Source of the DNA: Alphaproteobacteria bacterium
Lineage (GTDB): Bacteria; Pseudomonadota; Alphaproteobacteria; CALKHQ01
Direction: 5' to 3'
Length of the DNA stretch: 64,000 nt
Assembly: GCA_965227515.1 (NCBI GenBank)
Contig: CBDDFZ010000001.1
Location: 704,001-768,000, forward strand
Made by a program: the position numbers and the translations under genes
Notes under the pieces: model-generated
Database searches by the model: none
What the model saw: only the letters and a program-made list of their open reading frames with translations
Told to the model about the DNA's origin: nothing
Shown: positions 41,828 to 51,212 of the stretch, piece after piece
Layout: each line of letters opens with the position of its first letter
Position numbering within the stretch: the first letter of the stretch is position 1

Positions 41828-43083
41828 TGTCTCCAGCACCCGAAAAAGTCGTCATCATCGGCGCCGGCATCGTCGGCGTCGCCACCGCGCTGCGCCTGCA
41901 GGAGGCCGGCATCGCGGTCGAGATCGTCGACCGTGGCCCGCCCGGCGAGGGCACATCGTTCGGCAATGCCGGCGTGCTCGCCGCCGCGTCGGTGGTGCCG
42001 GTGACCACGCCCGGCCTGCTGAAGCGCACGCCGAAGATGCTGTTCTCCAAGGACGGGCCGCTCCACCTGCGCTGGTCCTACCTGCCCCGCATGCTGCCCT
42101 GGCTCAGCCAGTACCTCGGCCATTGCAAGCCGGAGCGGGTGCGGGCCATCGCCGCCGGGCTGGCGCCGCTGGTCGGCAACAGCCTGGAGGAGCATGAGGC
42201 GCTGGCCGCCGGCACGCCCGCTGCAAAGCGCATCCAGCGCCGGCCCTACGTCTTCGTCTACCGCGACAGGGCAGCCTTCGAGGGCGACGGTTTCGGCTGG
42301 GAGCTGAGGCGCGCCAATGGCTTCACCTGGCACGAGGCGGAAGGCGACGCGGTGTTCGAGCGCGAGCCGGCCCTGGCCCGCCACTACCGCTTCGCGGCGT
42401 TCTGCGAGGACCAGCACGGCATCGTCACCTCGCCCGGCGACTACGTGAAGGACCTTGCCGCCCACTTCGTGGCCCAGGGCGGCACCATCACCCAGGCCGC
42501 GGTCGAGGGGTTCGACCAGGCCGACGGCAAGGTCACGGGCATTCGAACCGCCACCGGCGCAATCGCGGCCGACACCATCGTGGTCGCGGCCGGCGCGTGG
42601 TCGGCGCGGGTGCTTGCCGGCCTCGGCATCAAGATCCCGCTGGAGAGCGAGCGCGGCTACCACGTCGAGTTCGTCGGCGGCACGCCGCAACCTCATGGTG
42701 CGTTGATGGTCGCCGATGCCAAGTTCGTCATCACGCCGATGGACGGACGATTGCGCGCCGCCGGCATGGTGGAGTTCGGCGGCCTGGACGCCGGCCCCTC
42801 GACCAAGCCCCCCGCCACCATGATCCGCCGCATCGCCGAGGTGCTGCCCGGCATCGAATACGCCAGCCACCGCACCTGGCTGGGCCACCGCCCCGCCACC
42901 ACCGACAGCCTGCCGGTGATCGGGCCGCTGAGCCGCCATCCCAACGTCCACCTGGCGTTCGGCCACCATCATGTCGGGCTGACGAGTGGTCCGCGCACCG
43001 GCCGCCTGGTCGCCGACACCATCACCGGGCGCCACCCGAACATCGACCTGAGCCCCTACAGTGCTGCGCGGTTTAACGCTTGA
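41827..43083 (+). CDS. FAD-dependent D-amino acid dehydrogenase-like oxidoreductase
   Basis: IIGAGIVG, TSFGNAG, ERGYH, W.GHRP..DSLPVIG and FGHHHVGLT. Confidence 0.88.
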   Translation: MSPAPEKVVIIGAGIVGVATALRLQEAGIAVEIVDRGPPGEGTSFGNAGVLAAASVVPVTTPGLLKRTPKMLFSKDGPLHLRWSYLPRMLPWLSQYLGHCKPERVRAIAAGLAPLVGNSLEEHEALAAGTPAAKRIQRRPYVFVYRDRAAFEGDGFGWELRRANGFTWHEAEGDAVFEREPALARHYRFAAFCEDQHGIVTSPGDYVKDLAAHFVAQGGTITQAAVEGFDQADGKVTGIRTATGAIAADTIVVAAGAWSARVLAGLGIKIPLESERGYHVEFVGGTPQPHGALMVADAKFVITPMDGRLRAAGMVEFGGLDAGPSTKPPATMIRRIAEVLPGIEYASHRTWLGHRPATTDSLPVIGPLSRHPNVHLAFGHHHVGLTSGPRTGRLVADTITGRHPNIDLSPYSAARFNA

Positions 43084-43173
43084 GGGTTCGCGCGACCTCA
43101 CCCTATGCTGGCATTCACGCGGCAAAGCCCGCCGATGCAGGGAACCGTCGAGGGAACGAAGGAGACCAATAAT

Positions 43174-44148
43174 ATGCGCAAGACATTGATTCTGGCCGCG
43201 GCCGCCACCGGCGCCGCGTTCATGGCATCAGCCGCCCAGGCCGAGACCTGGGACATGCCGATGGCCTATGCCGCGACCAACTTCCACTCCGCCACCGGCG
43301 CTGAGTTCGCAAGCTGCGTCACCACCGGCACCGGCGGCGCGCTGGAGATCGTCACCCACCCGTCCGGCTCGCTGTTTGCGGGCGCGGAGATCAAGCGCGC
43401 GATCCAGACCGGCCAGGTGCCGATCGGCGAACGCCTGCTCTCCGGCCACCAGAACGAGAATGCGCTGTTCGGCATCGACAGCGTGCCGTTCTTGGCAACC
43501 TCGTTCGACGATGCCGCCCGGCTGTGGGACGTGGCCGAGCCGGCGATGTCGGAGCTGTTGGAGAGCCAGAACCTGAAGCTGCTCTACTCGGTGCCGTGGC
43601 CGCCGCAGGGCATCTACACCAACAAGCCGATTGAATCGATTGGCGACCTCGCCGGCGTGAAGTTCCGCGCCTACAACATCGCGACCGAGCGGCTGGCCGA
43701 GCTGGCCGACATGATCCCGGTGCAGGTCGAGGCCGCCGAGCTGAGCCAGGCGCTCGCCACCGGTGTCGCCGAGGCGTTCATCTCGTCGGGTGCCACCGGC
43801 TATGACCGCAAGGTCTGGGAGCACCTGAGCCACTTCTACGAGGTCGATGCCTGGCTGCCGCGCAACTATGTGATGGTGAACCTGGAGTCCTGGAACGGCC
43901 TGGACGAGGCGACCCAGAACGTGATCCTGGGCTGCGCCGAGCTGGCCGAGTATGCCGGCACCTGGCGGGCCAAGGAGTACACCGGCTTCACGCTGCAGGG
44001 CTTGCGCGACGGCGGCATGACCGTCGAGCGCGCCGGCGAGCAGCTCGCCGGCGACTTCCGCGCCATCGGCGAGACGATGACCGCTGAGTGGCTGGAGCAG
44101 GCCGGCGACGAGGGCCAGGCGATCATCGACGCCTTCAACGCCGAGTAG
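43174..44148 (+). CDS. dctP: TRAP transporter substrate-binding protein (DctP6/7-like)
   Basis: WDMPMAY..NFH, EIKRAIQ, YSVPWPPQG, KFRAY and AWLPRN motifs. Confidence 0.88.
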   Translation: MRKTLILAAAATGAAFMASAAQAETWDMPMAYAATNFHSATGAEFASCVTTGTGGALEIVTHPSGSLFAGAEIKRAIQTGQVPIGERLLSGHQNENALFGIDSVPFLATSFDDAARLWDVAEPAMSELLESQNLKLLYSVPWPPQGIYTNKPIESIGDLAGVKFRAYNIATERLAELADMIPVQVEAAELSQALATGVAEAFISSGATGYDRKVWEHLSHFYEVDAWLPRNYVMVNLESWNGLDEATQNVILGCAELAEYAGTWRAKEYTGFTLQGLRDGGMTVERAGEQLAGDFRAIGETMTAEWLEQAGDEGQAIIDAFNAE

Positions 44149-44169
44149 CTCCAACCACAAGCCAAGGGT

Positions 44170-44273
44170 CGTCATTGCGAGGAGCAGAGCGACGCGGCAA
44201 TCCAGTGCATCGTTTCGGCAAGTCGTGCCATCGCCTGGATCGCCGCGCCCGCTGATGCGGGCTCGCGATGACG
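44170..44273. repeat. CGTC-tagged repeat family D, copy 1
   Basis: CGTCATTGCGAGGAGC..GCGACGCGGCAATCCAG...CTGGATCGCC...CTCGCGATGACG. Confidence 0.85.
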
Positions 44274-44319
44274 GCATTCTTATTGTGTCGTTGCTCCCTC
44301 CCAACACATCAACCGCACC

Positions 44320-44856
44320 ATGACCCGCGGGCTGGCGATACTGCGCCGGGTGCTCGACGGCCTCTATCTGGCCGGCGGGGTGCTCGGCGCGCTGTTCCTG
44401 ATCGCCATCCTGGTCCTGATCGTGGCGCAGATGGTGGCGCGGTGGACCTCTACCACCCTGCCGGGGGTGGCCGAGTACGCCGGCTATTGCATGGCCGCCT
44501 CCTCGTTCTTCGCGCTCGCCTACGCGCTGAACAAGGGCGCGCATATCCGGGTCAGCCTGTTGCTGACAGCGCTCGGCCGCCACCGCCGGATCGGCGAGAT
44601 CTGGTGCTATGCCATCGGCGCCATCACCGCGGTGTTCTTCACCTGGTACGCCATCGACGCCACCTGGCTGTCCTACAAGATCAACGACATCAGCCAGTCG
44701 CAGGACGCGACCCCGCTGTGGATTCCGCAGCTTTCCATGGCGCTGGGGGCGCTGTTGCTGTCGCTGGCGCTGGTCGACCATCTGGTGCGCATCGTCTTCA
44801 CCGGGCACCTGGGCGCCGAGCGGGCCGGCCTGGAAGATCAAAGCCATGCGGAATAG
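44320..44856 (+). CDS. dctQ: TRAP small permease
   Basis: Four TM helices; GAHIRV motif. Confidence 0.88.
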   Translation: MTRGLAILRRVLDGLYLAGGVLGALFLIAILVLIVAQMVARWTSTTLPGVAEYAGYCMAASSFFALAYALNKGAHIRVSLLLTALGRHRRIGEIWCYAIGAITAVFFTWYAIDATWLSYKINDISQSQDATPLWIPQLSMALGALLLSLALVDHLVRIVFTGHLGAERAGLEDQSHAE

Positions 44857-44880
44857 GCGCCACTTCATGCGGTGCAGACC

Positions 44881-46206
44881 ATGAACGAGGTCTATCTGAT
44901 CGGCGCGTTCCTGTTCGTGCTGTTCCTGTTGCTTGGGACGGGCGTGTGGATCGGGCTCGCGCTGATCGGCGTCGCCTATGTCGGCATGGAACTCTCCATG
45001 GAACTGGCCGGGCAGCGCCTGTTCCCCGGCGACACCATGATCACCAAGATCTGGTCGTCGTCTTCGAGCTGGACGCTGACCGCGCTGCCGCTGTTCATCT
45101 GGATGGGTGAGGTGCTGTTCCGCACCCGCCTGTCGGAGGACATGTTCAAGGGCCTGGCGCCCTGGATGGCGCGGCTGCCGGGCGGATTGCTGCACACCAA
45201 CGTGGTCGGCTGCACCATCTTCGCCGCGGTCTCGGGCTCGTCGGCGGCCACCCTGACCACGGTCGGCAAGATGTCGATCCCGGAACTGCGCAAGCGCGGC
45301 TACCCGGAATTCATGACCATCGGCACGCTGGCCGGGTCGGCCACGCTGGGCCTGATGATCCCGCCGTCGCTGACGCTGATCGTCTATGGCGTCACCATCA
45401 ACGAGTCGATCACCGCGTTGTTCTTCGCCGGCATCCTGCCCGGCCTGGTGCTGGCCGGCCTGTTCATGGCCTATGTCGTGGCCTGGCATTTCCTGCGGCC
45501 CAACCAGCGCCCGGCACCGGAACCGCGCATGCCGTTCCTCGACAAGCTCAGGAACTCACGCTTCCTGCTGCCGGTGATCTTCCTGGTCGTGCTGGTCATC
45601 GGCTCGATGTATTTCGGCTGGGCGACCCCGACCGAGGCGGCGGCCTTCGGCGTGCTCGGCTCGATGGCGCTGGCGGGGTTGCAGCGGTCGCTGACCTGGC
45701 GCTCGTTCACCGCCAGCCTGATGGGGGCGACCCGCACGTCGTGCATGATCGCGATGATCCTGATGGGGGCGTCTTTCCTGTCGGTCTCGATGGGCTTCAC
45801 CGGGCTGCCGCGCAACATGGCGGACTGGATCGCGTCCATGGAGCTGTCCCGGTTCGAGCTGATCATGGCGCTGATGGTGTTCTACATCATCATCGGCTGC
45901 TTCCTGGACGGCATCTCGTCGGTGGTGCTGACCATGGCGGTGGTGGAACCGATGGTCCGCGACGCCGGCATCGACCTGATCTGGTTCGGCATCTTCATCG
46001 TGGTGGTGGTGGAGATGGCGCAGATCACGCCGCCGATCGGCTTCAACCTGTTCGTCATGCAGGGCATGACCCACCACGAGATCGGCTATGTCGCGCGCAC
46101 CGCGCTGCCGATGTTCGGCCTGATGGTGGTGATGGTGTTCCTGCTGATCGAGTTCGAGGGGCTGGCGACCTGGCTGCCCACCACCGTCCGCGAAGGCCCG
46201 GGGTAG
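44881..46206 (+). CDS. dctM: TRAP large permease
   Basis: ALPLFI, SGSSAAT, LMIPPS, TPTEAA and ITPPIG motifs. Confidence 0.92.
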   Translation: MNEVYLIGAFLFVLFLLLGTGVWIGLALIGVAYVGMELSMELAGQRLFPGDTMITKIWSSSSSWTLTALPLFIWMGEVLFRTRLSEDMFKGLAPWMARLPGGLLHTNVVGCTIFAAVSGSSAATLTTVGKMSIPELRKRGYPEFMTIGTLAGSATLGLMIPPSLTLIVYGVTINESITALFFAGILPGLVLAGLFMAYVVAWHFLRPNQRPAPEPRMPFLDKLRNSRFLLPVIFLVVLVIGSMYFGWATPTEAAAFGVLGSMALAGLQRSLTWRSFTASLMGATRTSCMIAMILMGASFLSVSMGFTGLPRNMADWIASMELSRFELIMALMVFYIIIGCFLDGISSVVLTMAVVEPMVRDAGIDLIWFGIFIVVVVEMAQITPPIGFNLFVMQGMTHHEIGYVARTALPMFGLMVVMVFLLIEFEGLATWLPTTVREGPG

Positions 46207-46224
46207 GCTTCAAGCGAGAGACAT

Positions 46225-46280
46225 GTAGCCTGGGTGGAGCGTAGCGAAACCTGGGTTCCACTTCGTTTCACCCAGGCTAC
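46225..46280. repeat. GTAG-tagged REP doublet (family E)
   Basis: GTAGCCTGGGTGGAGC...GTTTCACCCAGGCTAC inverted pair between convergent genes. Confidence 0.75.
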
Positions 46281-46310
46281 GACACTTGCGTGGGCGGCGA
46301 TGACGGCGTG

Positions 46311-47081
46311 TTACACATTCCGCTGAAACGGTGCCGCCAGCAGGCGCAGGATGTTCTGGTCGTGGCGGTCGGGCACGCCGATCGGCATGTCCAGGCGGCG
46401 CGGGTTCGGGCTCTTCGAGCCGAAGATGCGGTCCCAAACGCTCAGCACATTGGCATAGTTGGAGTTGAGGTCGCGCGCCTCGGCATGGTGGTGCACCCAG
46501 TGGATGCCGGGGGTGACGATCACCCACGACAACGCCCGGTCCACCGCTGGCGCGATGCGGATGTTGGAGTGGTGGAAAAGGGCGGCAGCCAGCACCAGGG
46601 TCTCGGCCACCAGCACGGACGTCAGCGGCAGGGCGAGCGCCAGGATCACGCCCAGCCGCGCGGTCGCCGACAGCAGCACCTCGCCGATATGGAAGCGCAC
46701 GGCAGACGTGGTGTCGAGCGTCGTCTCGATGTGATGGACGTGGTGGAACCGCCACAGCACGTCCAGCCGGTGGTTCAGTCGGTGCCACCAGTAGATCAGG
46801 CAGTCGTAGATCACCAGGTCGATGGCCAGCCCTAGTCCGCCCGACCACCAGTCTGGGCGCTGCCACAGCGGATCATTGGCCACCCAGGCGGTAACCGGCA
46901 CGATGATCAGGATCGAGGCGCCGGTATTGACCAGCCACAGGCCGACATTGCGCACCAGGCGCGCGACATCGAACACCGTGCGAATGGCGGCCGCCGGCTG
47001 CCACCGTTCCCAGGCGAACAGCACGGCGAACACGGCGGCCACCGCGACGGTCTTGTACGTCAGCAGGTCTTCGACGGTCAT
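46311..47081 (-). CDS. Sterol desaturase / fatty acid hydroxylase family protein
   Basis: YWWHRLNH, FHHVHH, FHHSN and HWVHH His boxes; NYA..WDRIFG. Confidence 0.9.
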   Translation of the reverse strand: MTVEDLLTYKTVAVAAVFAVLFAWERWQPAAAIRTVFDVARLVRNVGLWLVNTGASILIIVPVTAWVANDPLWQRPDWWSGGLGLAIDLVIYDCLIYWWHRLNHRLDVLWRFHHVHHIETTLDTTSAVRFHIGEVLLSATARLGVILALALPLTSVLVAETLVLAAALFHHSNIRIAPAVDRALSWVIVTPGIHWVHHHAEARDLNSNYANVLSVWDRIFGSKSPNPRRLDMPIGVPDRHDQNILRLLAAPFQRNV

Positions 47082-47176
47082 GCATGCTCCATGGCGGCCG
47101 GCACCATATCAGAGCTTCCGCCCAGGCGGTGATGACGGCTTGTCGAGCCGATGTGAACACCGTTAGAAATTCCCTC

Positions 47177-47980
47177 ATGAAACTCGCTACCTGGAACATC
47201 AATTCGGTCCGCCTGCGCCGGCCGATTGTCGACCGGCTGATCGCCGAGCACGCGCCAGACGTGATCTGCCTGCAGGAAACCAAGGTGCAGGACGCCGACT
47301 TCCCGCACGCCTTCTTCCAGGAGCGCGGCTACAAGCACCGCGAGATCTATGGCCGCAAGAACTGGCACGGGGTTGCCATCGTCTCCCGGCTGCCGTTCAG
47401 CGCCTCGGGCCGGCGCGACTGGTGCGACCTGTCCGACGGCCGCCACGTGCACGCCACCATCGGCGATGCGGGGGGCGAGGGCATCGAGGTGCACTCCTAC
47501 TACGTGCCGTCCGGCGGCGATGTTCCCGACCCGGCACAGAACGAGAAGTTCGCCCACAAGCTCAGATTCATGACCGAGCAGACCGACCACTGGCGCGAGC
47601 TGCGCGATGACAACGCCAAGCGCGTCATCGTCGGCGACTTCAACGTGGCGCCGCTGGAAACCGACGTCTGGTCGCACAAGCAATTGCTGGACGTGGTCAG
47701 CCACACACCGATCGAGGTCGAGCACCTGGCGGCATGGCAGGACGCCGGCGGCTGGGTCGACGGCGTGCGCCGGATCATTCCGCCGGCCGAAAAGATCTAT
47801 AGCTGGTGGAGCTACCGCGCCAAGGACTGGCGCGCGTCGAACCGCGGCCGGCGGCTGGACCATGTGTGGGTGACGCCGGCGCTGGCGCCCGCGCTGACCG
47901 GCATCGAGGTCTTGGCCGACGCCCGTGGGTGGGAGAAGCCCAGCGACCACGTGCCGGTGATCGCGACGTTCGAGGTGTAG
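47177..47980 (+). CDS. xth: Exodeoxyribonuclease III
   Basis: ATWNINS, CLQETK, GDFN, RRLDH and SDHVP motifs. Confidence 0.93.
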   Translation: MKLATWNINSVRLRRPIVDRLIAEHAPDVICLQETKVQDADFPHAFFQERGYKHREIYGRKNWHGVAIVSRLPFSASGRRDWCDLSDGRHVHATIGDAGGEGIEVHSYYVPSGGDVPDPAQNEKFAHKLRFMTEQTDHWRELRDDNAKRVIVGDFNVAPLETDVWSHKQLLDVVSHTPIEVEHLAAWQDAGGWVDGVRRIIPPAEKIYSWWSYRAKDWRASNRGRRLDHVWVTPALAPALTGIEVLADARGWEKPSDHVPVIATFEV

Positions 47981-48028
47981 GACGGCGGCCTTCCTACGAG
48001 TAGTCACTGGATCCGAGCCAAAAACACA

Positions 48029-48204
48029 TTGATGCCCTCGGCCTTGTGCCGAGGGCCCATCTAGCCGCCCCCTGCGGTCGATCGGCAAGAATCCTCCGAT
48101 GTCCAACGGCGTTATTGTCTCGCCCCATCCGGGGTGTTGCGGGCCGGTTCTGGCACCGCGCCCGATATTGCCATGGGCCCTCGGCACAAGGCCGAGGGCG
48201 TCAA
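48029..48204. repeat. Bipartite repeat family B, copy 4
   Basis: TTGATGCCCTCGGCCTTGTGCCGAGGGCCCAT...ATGGGCCCTCGGCACAAGGCCGAGGGCGTCAA. Confidence 0.85.
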
Positions 48205-48219
48205 GATGGGATTGAGAAG

Positions 48220-49191
48220 CTACCGCGCCCGGGGGTGGGCGGCATCGTAGACCTTGCGCAACTGCGCCATATCGACGGCGGTGTAGCGCTGGGTCGCGGC
48301 CAGCGAGGCGTGGCCGAGCAGTTCCTGGATCGTACGCAGGTCGCCGCCGCCGGCCAGCAGGTGGGTCGCGAAGCTGTGGCGCAGCGCATGCGGGGTGGCG
48401 TGCTCCGGCAGGCCCAGGGCCGCGCGCACCAGGCGCATCGCCTTCTGGGCGACCGCGGGCTGCAGCCGGCCGCCGCGCGCGCCCCGGAACAGCGGTGCGT
48501 CCTCGCTCGCCGGGTAGGGGCACGCGTCCAGATAGGCGGCGACGGCCTGCTCGACCACCGGCAGCACCGGCACCTGGCGTACCTTGCCGCCCTTGCCGAG
48601 CACCCGGACCCGGCCATCCGCCGGCCGGTCGCCCGCGTTCAGCGCCAGCGCCTCCCCGATGCGCAGCCCGCAGCCATAGAGCAGGGTGAGGAGCGCGGTG
48701 TCGCGCAGGCCGATCCAGTCCTGGTCCGCCATCGCCTCGGCGGTCTCCAGGGCGGCGACCGCGTCGTCGGGCGCCAGTGCCTTCGGCGTCGTCACCGGCA
48801 GCCGCGGCCCGCGCAGCACGGCAGCCGAGGTGTTCTTGCACACGCCCTGCCGCTCCAGATGGCGGAAGAAGCCGCGCACCACCGACAGCCCGCGCGCCAC
48901 CGAGGTCTTGGCCATGCCGCGCGCGGTGCGGCGCGCCAGCCACGCCCGCAGGTCGGAGACCGAGACCGCGGCCAGCGTTGCCTGTGTGACCGTGGCGCCC
49001 GTGTGCTCGCTCAGGAATCCCAGGAAATCCGCCATATCGCGGCTGTAGGCGGCGACCGTGTGGGCGGAACAGTTGCGCTCCACCGCCAGCCGATGGCGCC
49101 AGCCCTCGACAAGGCCGCGCACGTCGTCGCCAACGCTGTCGGCGAGCGGATCGGCCAGGCCAGGCGCTGCGTCGGGCGGTCGAGTCGGCAT
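48220..49191 (-). CDS. xerC: Tyrosine recombinase XerC
   Basis: YGCGLRIGE, GKGGK, TPHALRHSFATH, LLGHASL..TQRY and YDAAHPRA. Confidence 0.9.
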   Translation of the reverse strand: MPTRPPDAAPGLADPLADSVGDDVRGLVEGWRHRLAVERNCSAHTVAAYSRDMADFLGFLSEHTGATVTQATLAAVSVSDLRAWLARRTARGMAKTSVARGLSVVRGFFRHLERQGVCKNTSAAVLRGPRLPVTTPKALAPDDAVAALETAEAMADQDWIGLRDTALLTLLYGCGLRIGEALALNAGDRPADGRVRVLGKGGKVRQVPVLPVVEQAVAAYLDACPYPASEDAPLFRGARGGRLQPAVAQKAMRLVRAALGLPEHATPHALRHSFATHLLAGGGDLRTIQELLGHASLAATQRYTAVDMAQLRKVYDAAHPRAR

Positions 49192-49324
49192 GCGGCCATA
49201 TTACCGATGCCCGGGTCGAATTGGCGCCGCCGCATTAACGTCTCAACAACAGCGGGCTGGCATGCTCGGACGCATCGGCTCGCGCCGCATGTGGTGGCGG
49301 GCCCTCATGGTCAGGAAGATCGCA

Positions 49325-50248
49325 ATGCGCAACATGATCATCGGCGTGTTTCTGGGCGTCGGCCTGGTGTGGGTGGCCTGGACCTATCTACGCTCCGACA
49401 TGAACTCGGAATGCTACGACGCCGGCCAGCGCGGCGACTACGAGCGCCAGGTCGAAGCCTGTACCGCATTCATCGACCGCGCCTCGATGGTCGGCCTGGA
49501 TGCCGCCGTGCTCTACAACAATCGCGGCTCGGCCTATCTGGCGCTTGGCCAGTACGAGGAGGCGCTGGCCGACCTCACCGCGGCGATCGAAGACGAGCCG
49601 GAAATGGTCAACGCGCTGCTGAATCGGGCCGCGACCTATGCGCAGATGGAGCGGTACGAGCGCGGCATCGAGGATATCGACCGCGCCCTGGCGCTGGTGC
49701 CCAATTCGGTGACCGCCTATGTCGGGCGCAGCCGCTTGCTGCGCGAACTGGGCCGGATGGAGGAGGCGCTGGCCGACCTGGACCGCGCGCTGAAACTGGC
49801 GCCGGCCAACTTCACCGCCCTGCACGACCGCGCCGAGCTGCGCGACCATCTGGGTGACAATGTCGCCGCCATCGAGGATTGCAACGCGGTGCTGGCGCTG
49901 TCGCCGGAAGATGCCAAGTGCCATTATCGCCTGGCGTGGCTGCACTATCGCCTCGACGGGGCGGAGCAGGCATTGGTGCATGCCACCGCCGCCCGCGAAC
50001 TGGTGCCGCAATCCTCCTACGTCCACGACATCTACGCCCGTGTCGCCGTGCGGCTGGGCCAACTGGATGACGCATTGGCCGCGTTCGACGATGCGCTGGG
50101 GCAGGAAGACAGCGACTACGTGCTGCGCCTGGAGCAGGCCCTGCTCGACAACGGCTACAATCCCGGCCAGGTGGACGGCGAGCCGGCACGCGAGACCTTG
50201 CAGGCGATCTCGGCCTGTCTGGGCGACGGCTGCGGCCTGTTCAACTGA
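49325..50248 (+). CDS. Membrane-anchored TPR protein with C-terminal peptidoglycan-binding domain
   Basis: YNNRG..ALADL TPR repeats; LEQALLDNGYNPGQVDG PG-binding motif. Confidence 0.8.
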   Translation: MRNMIIGVFLGVGLVWVAWTYLRSDMNSECYDAGQRGDYERQVEACTAFIDRASMVGLDAAVLYNNRGSAYLALGQYEEALADLTAAIEDEPEMVNALLNRAATYAQMERYERGIEDIDRALALVPNSVTAYVGRSRLLRELGRMEEALADLDRALKLAPANFTALHDRAELRDHLGDNVAAIEDCNAVLALSPEDAKCHYRLAWLHYRLDGAEQALVHATAARELVPQSSYVHDIYARVAVRLGQLDDALAAFDDALGQEDSDYVLRLEQALLDNGYNPGQVDGEPARETLQAISACLGDGCGLFN

Positions 50249-50334
50249 TCGCGAGCCGGTGGCGGCCGCCATTGCGGCGCCTCCGAGGATGACCCAAGGT
50301 CCCGGTTCCTGAGCGAACCGAGGACCGCGCAAGC

Positions 50335-51201
50335 ATGACATTCAGGATCAGTGAGCGATGGCGCCGTGCCGCCGTCGCGGCCATGGCTGTTGCCGTGGTT
50401 GTTGCTGGGGCGGGCGCATGGCTGATGGGTGCCATGGCGCCGGCCCATGCGTGCAGCCTGACCACCGATTGCATGGTCGATGGCGGCACCTACCGTGTCG
50501 CCGTGCCATGGCAATGGGACGGCGCGTCGCCGTTGCCGGTCGCGGTCTACTTCCACGGCCACCAGTCCAGCGCCGAGGCCGTCCTCAACAACGAGAGCCT
50601 GGTGCGCGGCTTCTGGGAGCACGGCATCCTGCTGGTGGTGCCCAACGGCCGCGAGCGCACGTGGTCGAACGTCGGCGCACCGACCTCCGCGCGCGATGAG
50701 ATGGCGTTCATGGATGCGGTGCGCGCCGACGTGCTGGCGCGCTGGCCGGTCGATACGGACCGCCTGTGGGCCACCGGCTTCAGCCAGGGCGCCTCGGTGG
50801 TCTGGGACCTGGCGTGCTATCGCGGCGGCGACTACGCCGCCTATGTGCCGTTCTCCGGCGTGTTCTGGCAGCCCTTGCCCGAGGCGTGCCCGACCCCGGT
50901 CTCGCTGCGCCATGTCCACGGCACCCGGGACACCGTGTTCCCCATGGAGGGGCGGCAGATCGGCGCGCAATGGCACCAGGGCGATGCCGAGGTCAGCATG
51001 GCGCTGCTGCGCGAGGCCAACGGATGCGCCGACGATCCCGACACGGTCATCGAGGAAGGGGTGCTGAGCTGCCGTGTCTGGTCGTCATGCCAGTCGGGCA
51101 AGGAGCTTCGGTTTTGCACCTTCAATGGCGGCCACGAGCGCCCGGCCGGCTGGATCGACGGCGCCTGGAACTGGGTGGCGGCGCAGGCGGGCGCGGACTG
51201 A
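50335..51201 (+). CDS. Secreted PHB-depolymerase-like esterase
   Basis: YFHG, GFSQG nucleophile elbow, HGTRD and GGH catalytic His. Confidence 0.8.
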   Translation: MTFRISERWRRAAVAAMAVAVVVAGAGAWLMGAMAPAHACSLTTDCMVDGGTYRVAVPWQWDGASPLPVAVYFHGHQSSAEAVLNNESLVRGFWEHGILLVVPNGRERTWSNVGAPTSARDEMAFMDAVRADVLARWPVDTDRLWATGFSQGASVVWDLACYRGGDYAAYVPFSGVFWQPLPEACPTPVSLRHVHGTRDTVFPMEGRQIGAQWHQGDAEVSMALLREANGCADDPDTVIEEGVLSCRVWSSCQSGKELRFCTFNGGHERPAGWIDGAWNWVAAQAGAD

Positions 51202-51212
51202 TCTCAGAAGTA

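Noticed and set aside
48220-49191. Tyrosine recombinase as an island or prophage integrase
   Set aside because: Size and motifs fit housekeeping XerC; no att sites, tRNA or cargo nearby
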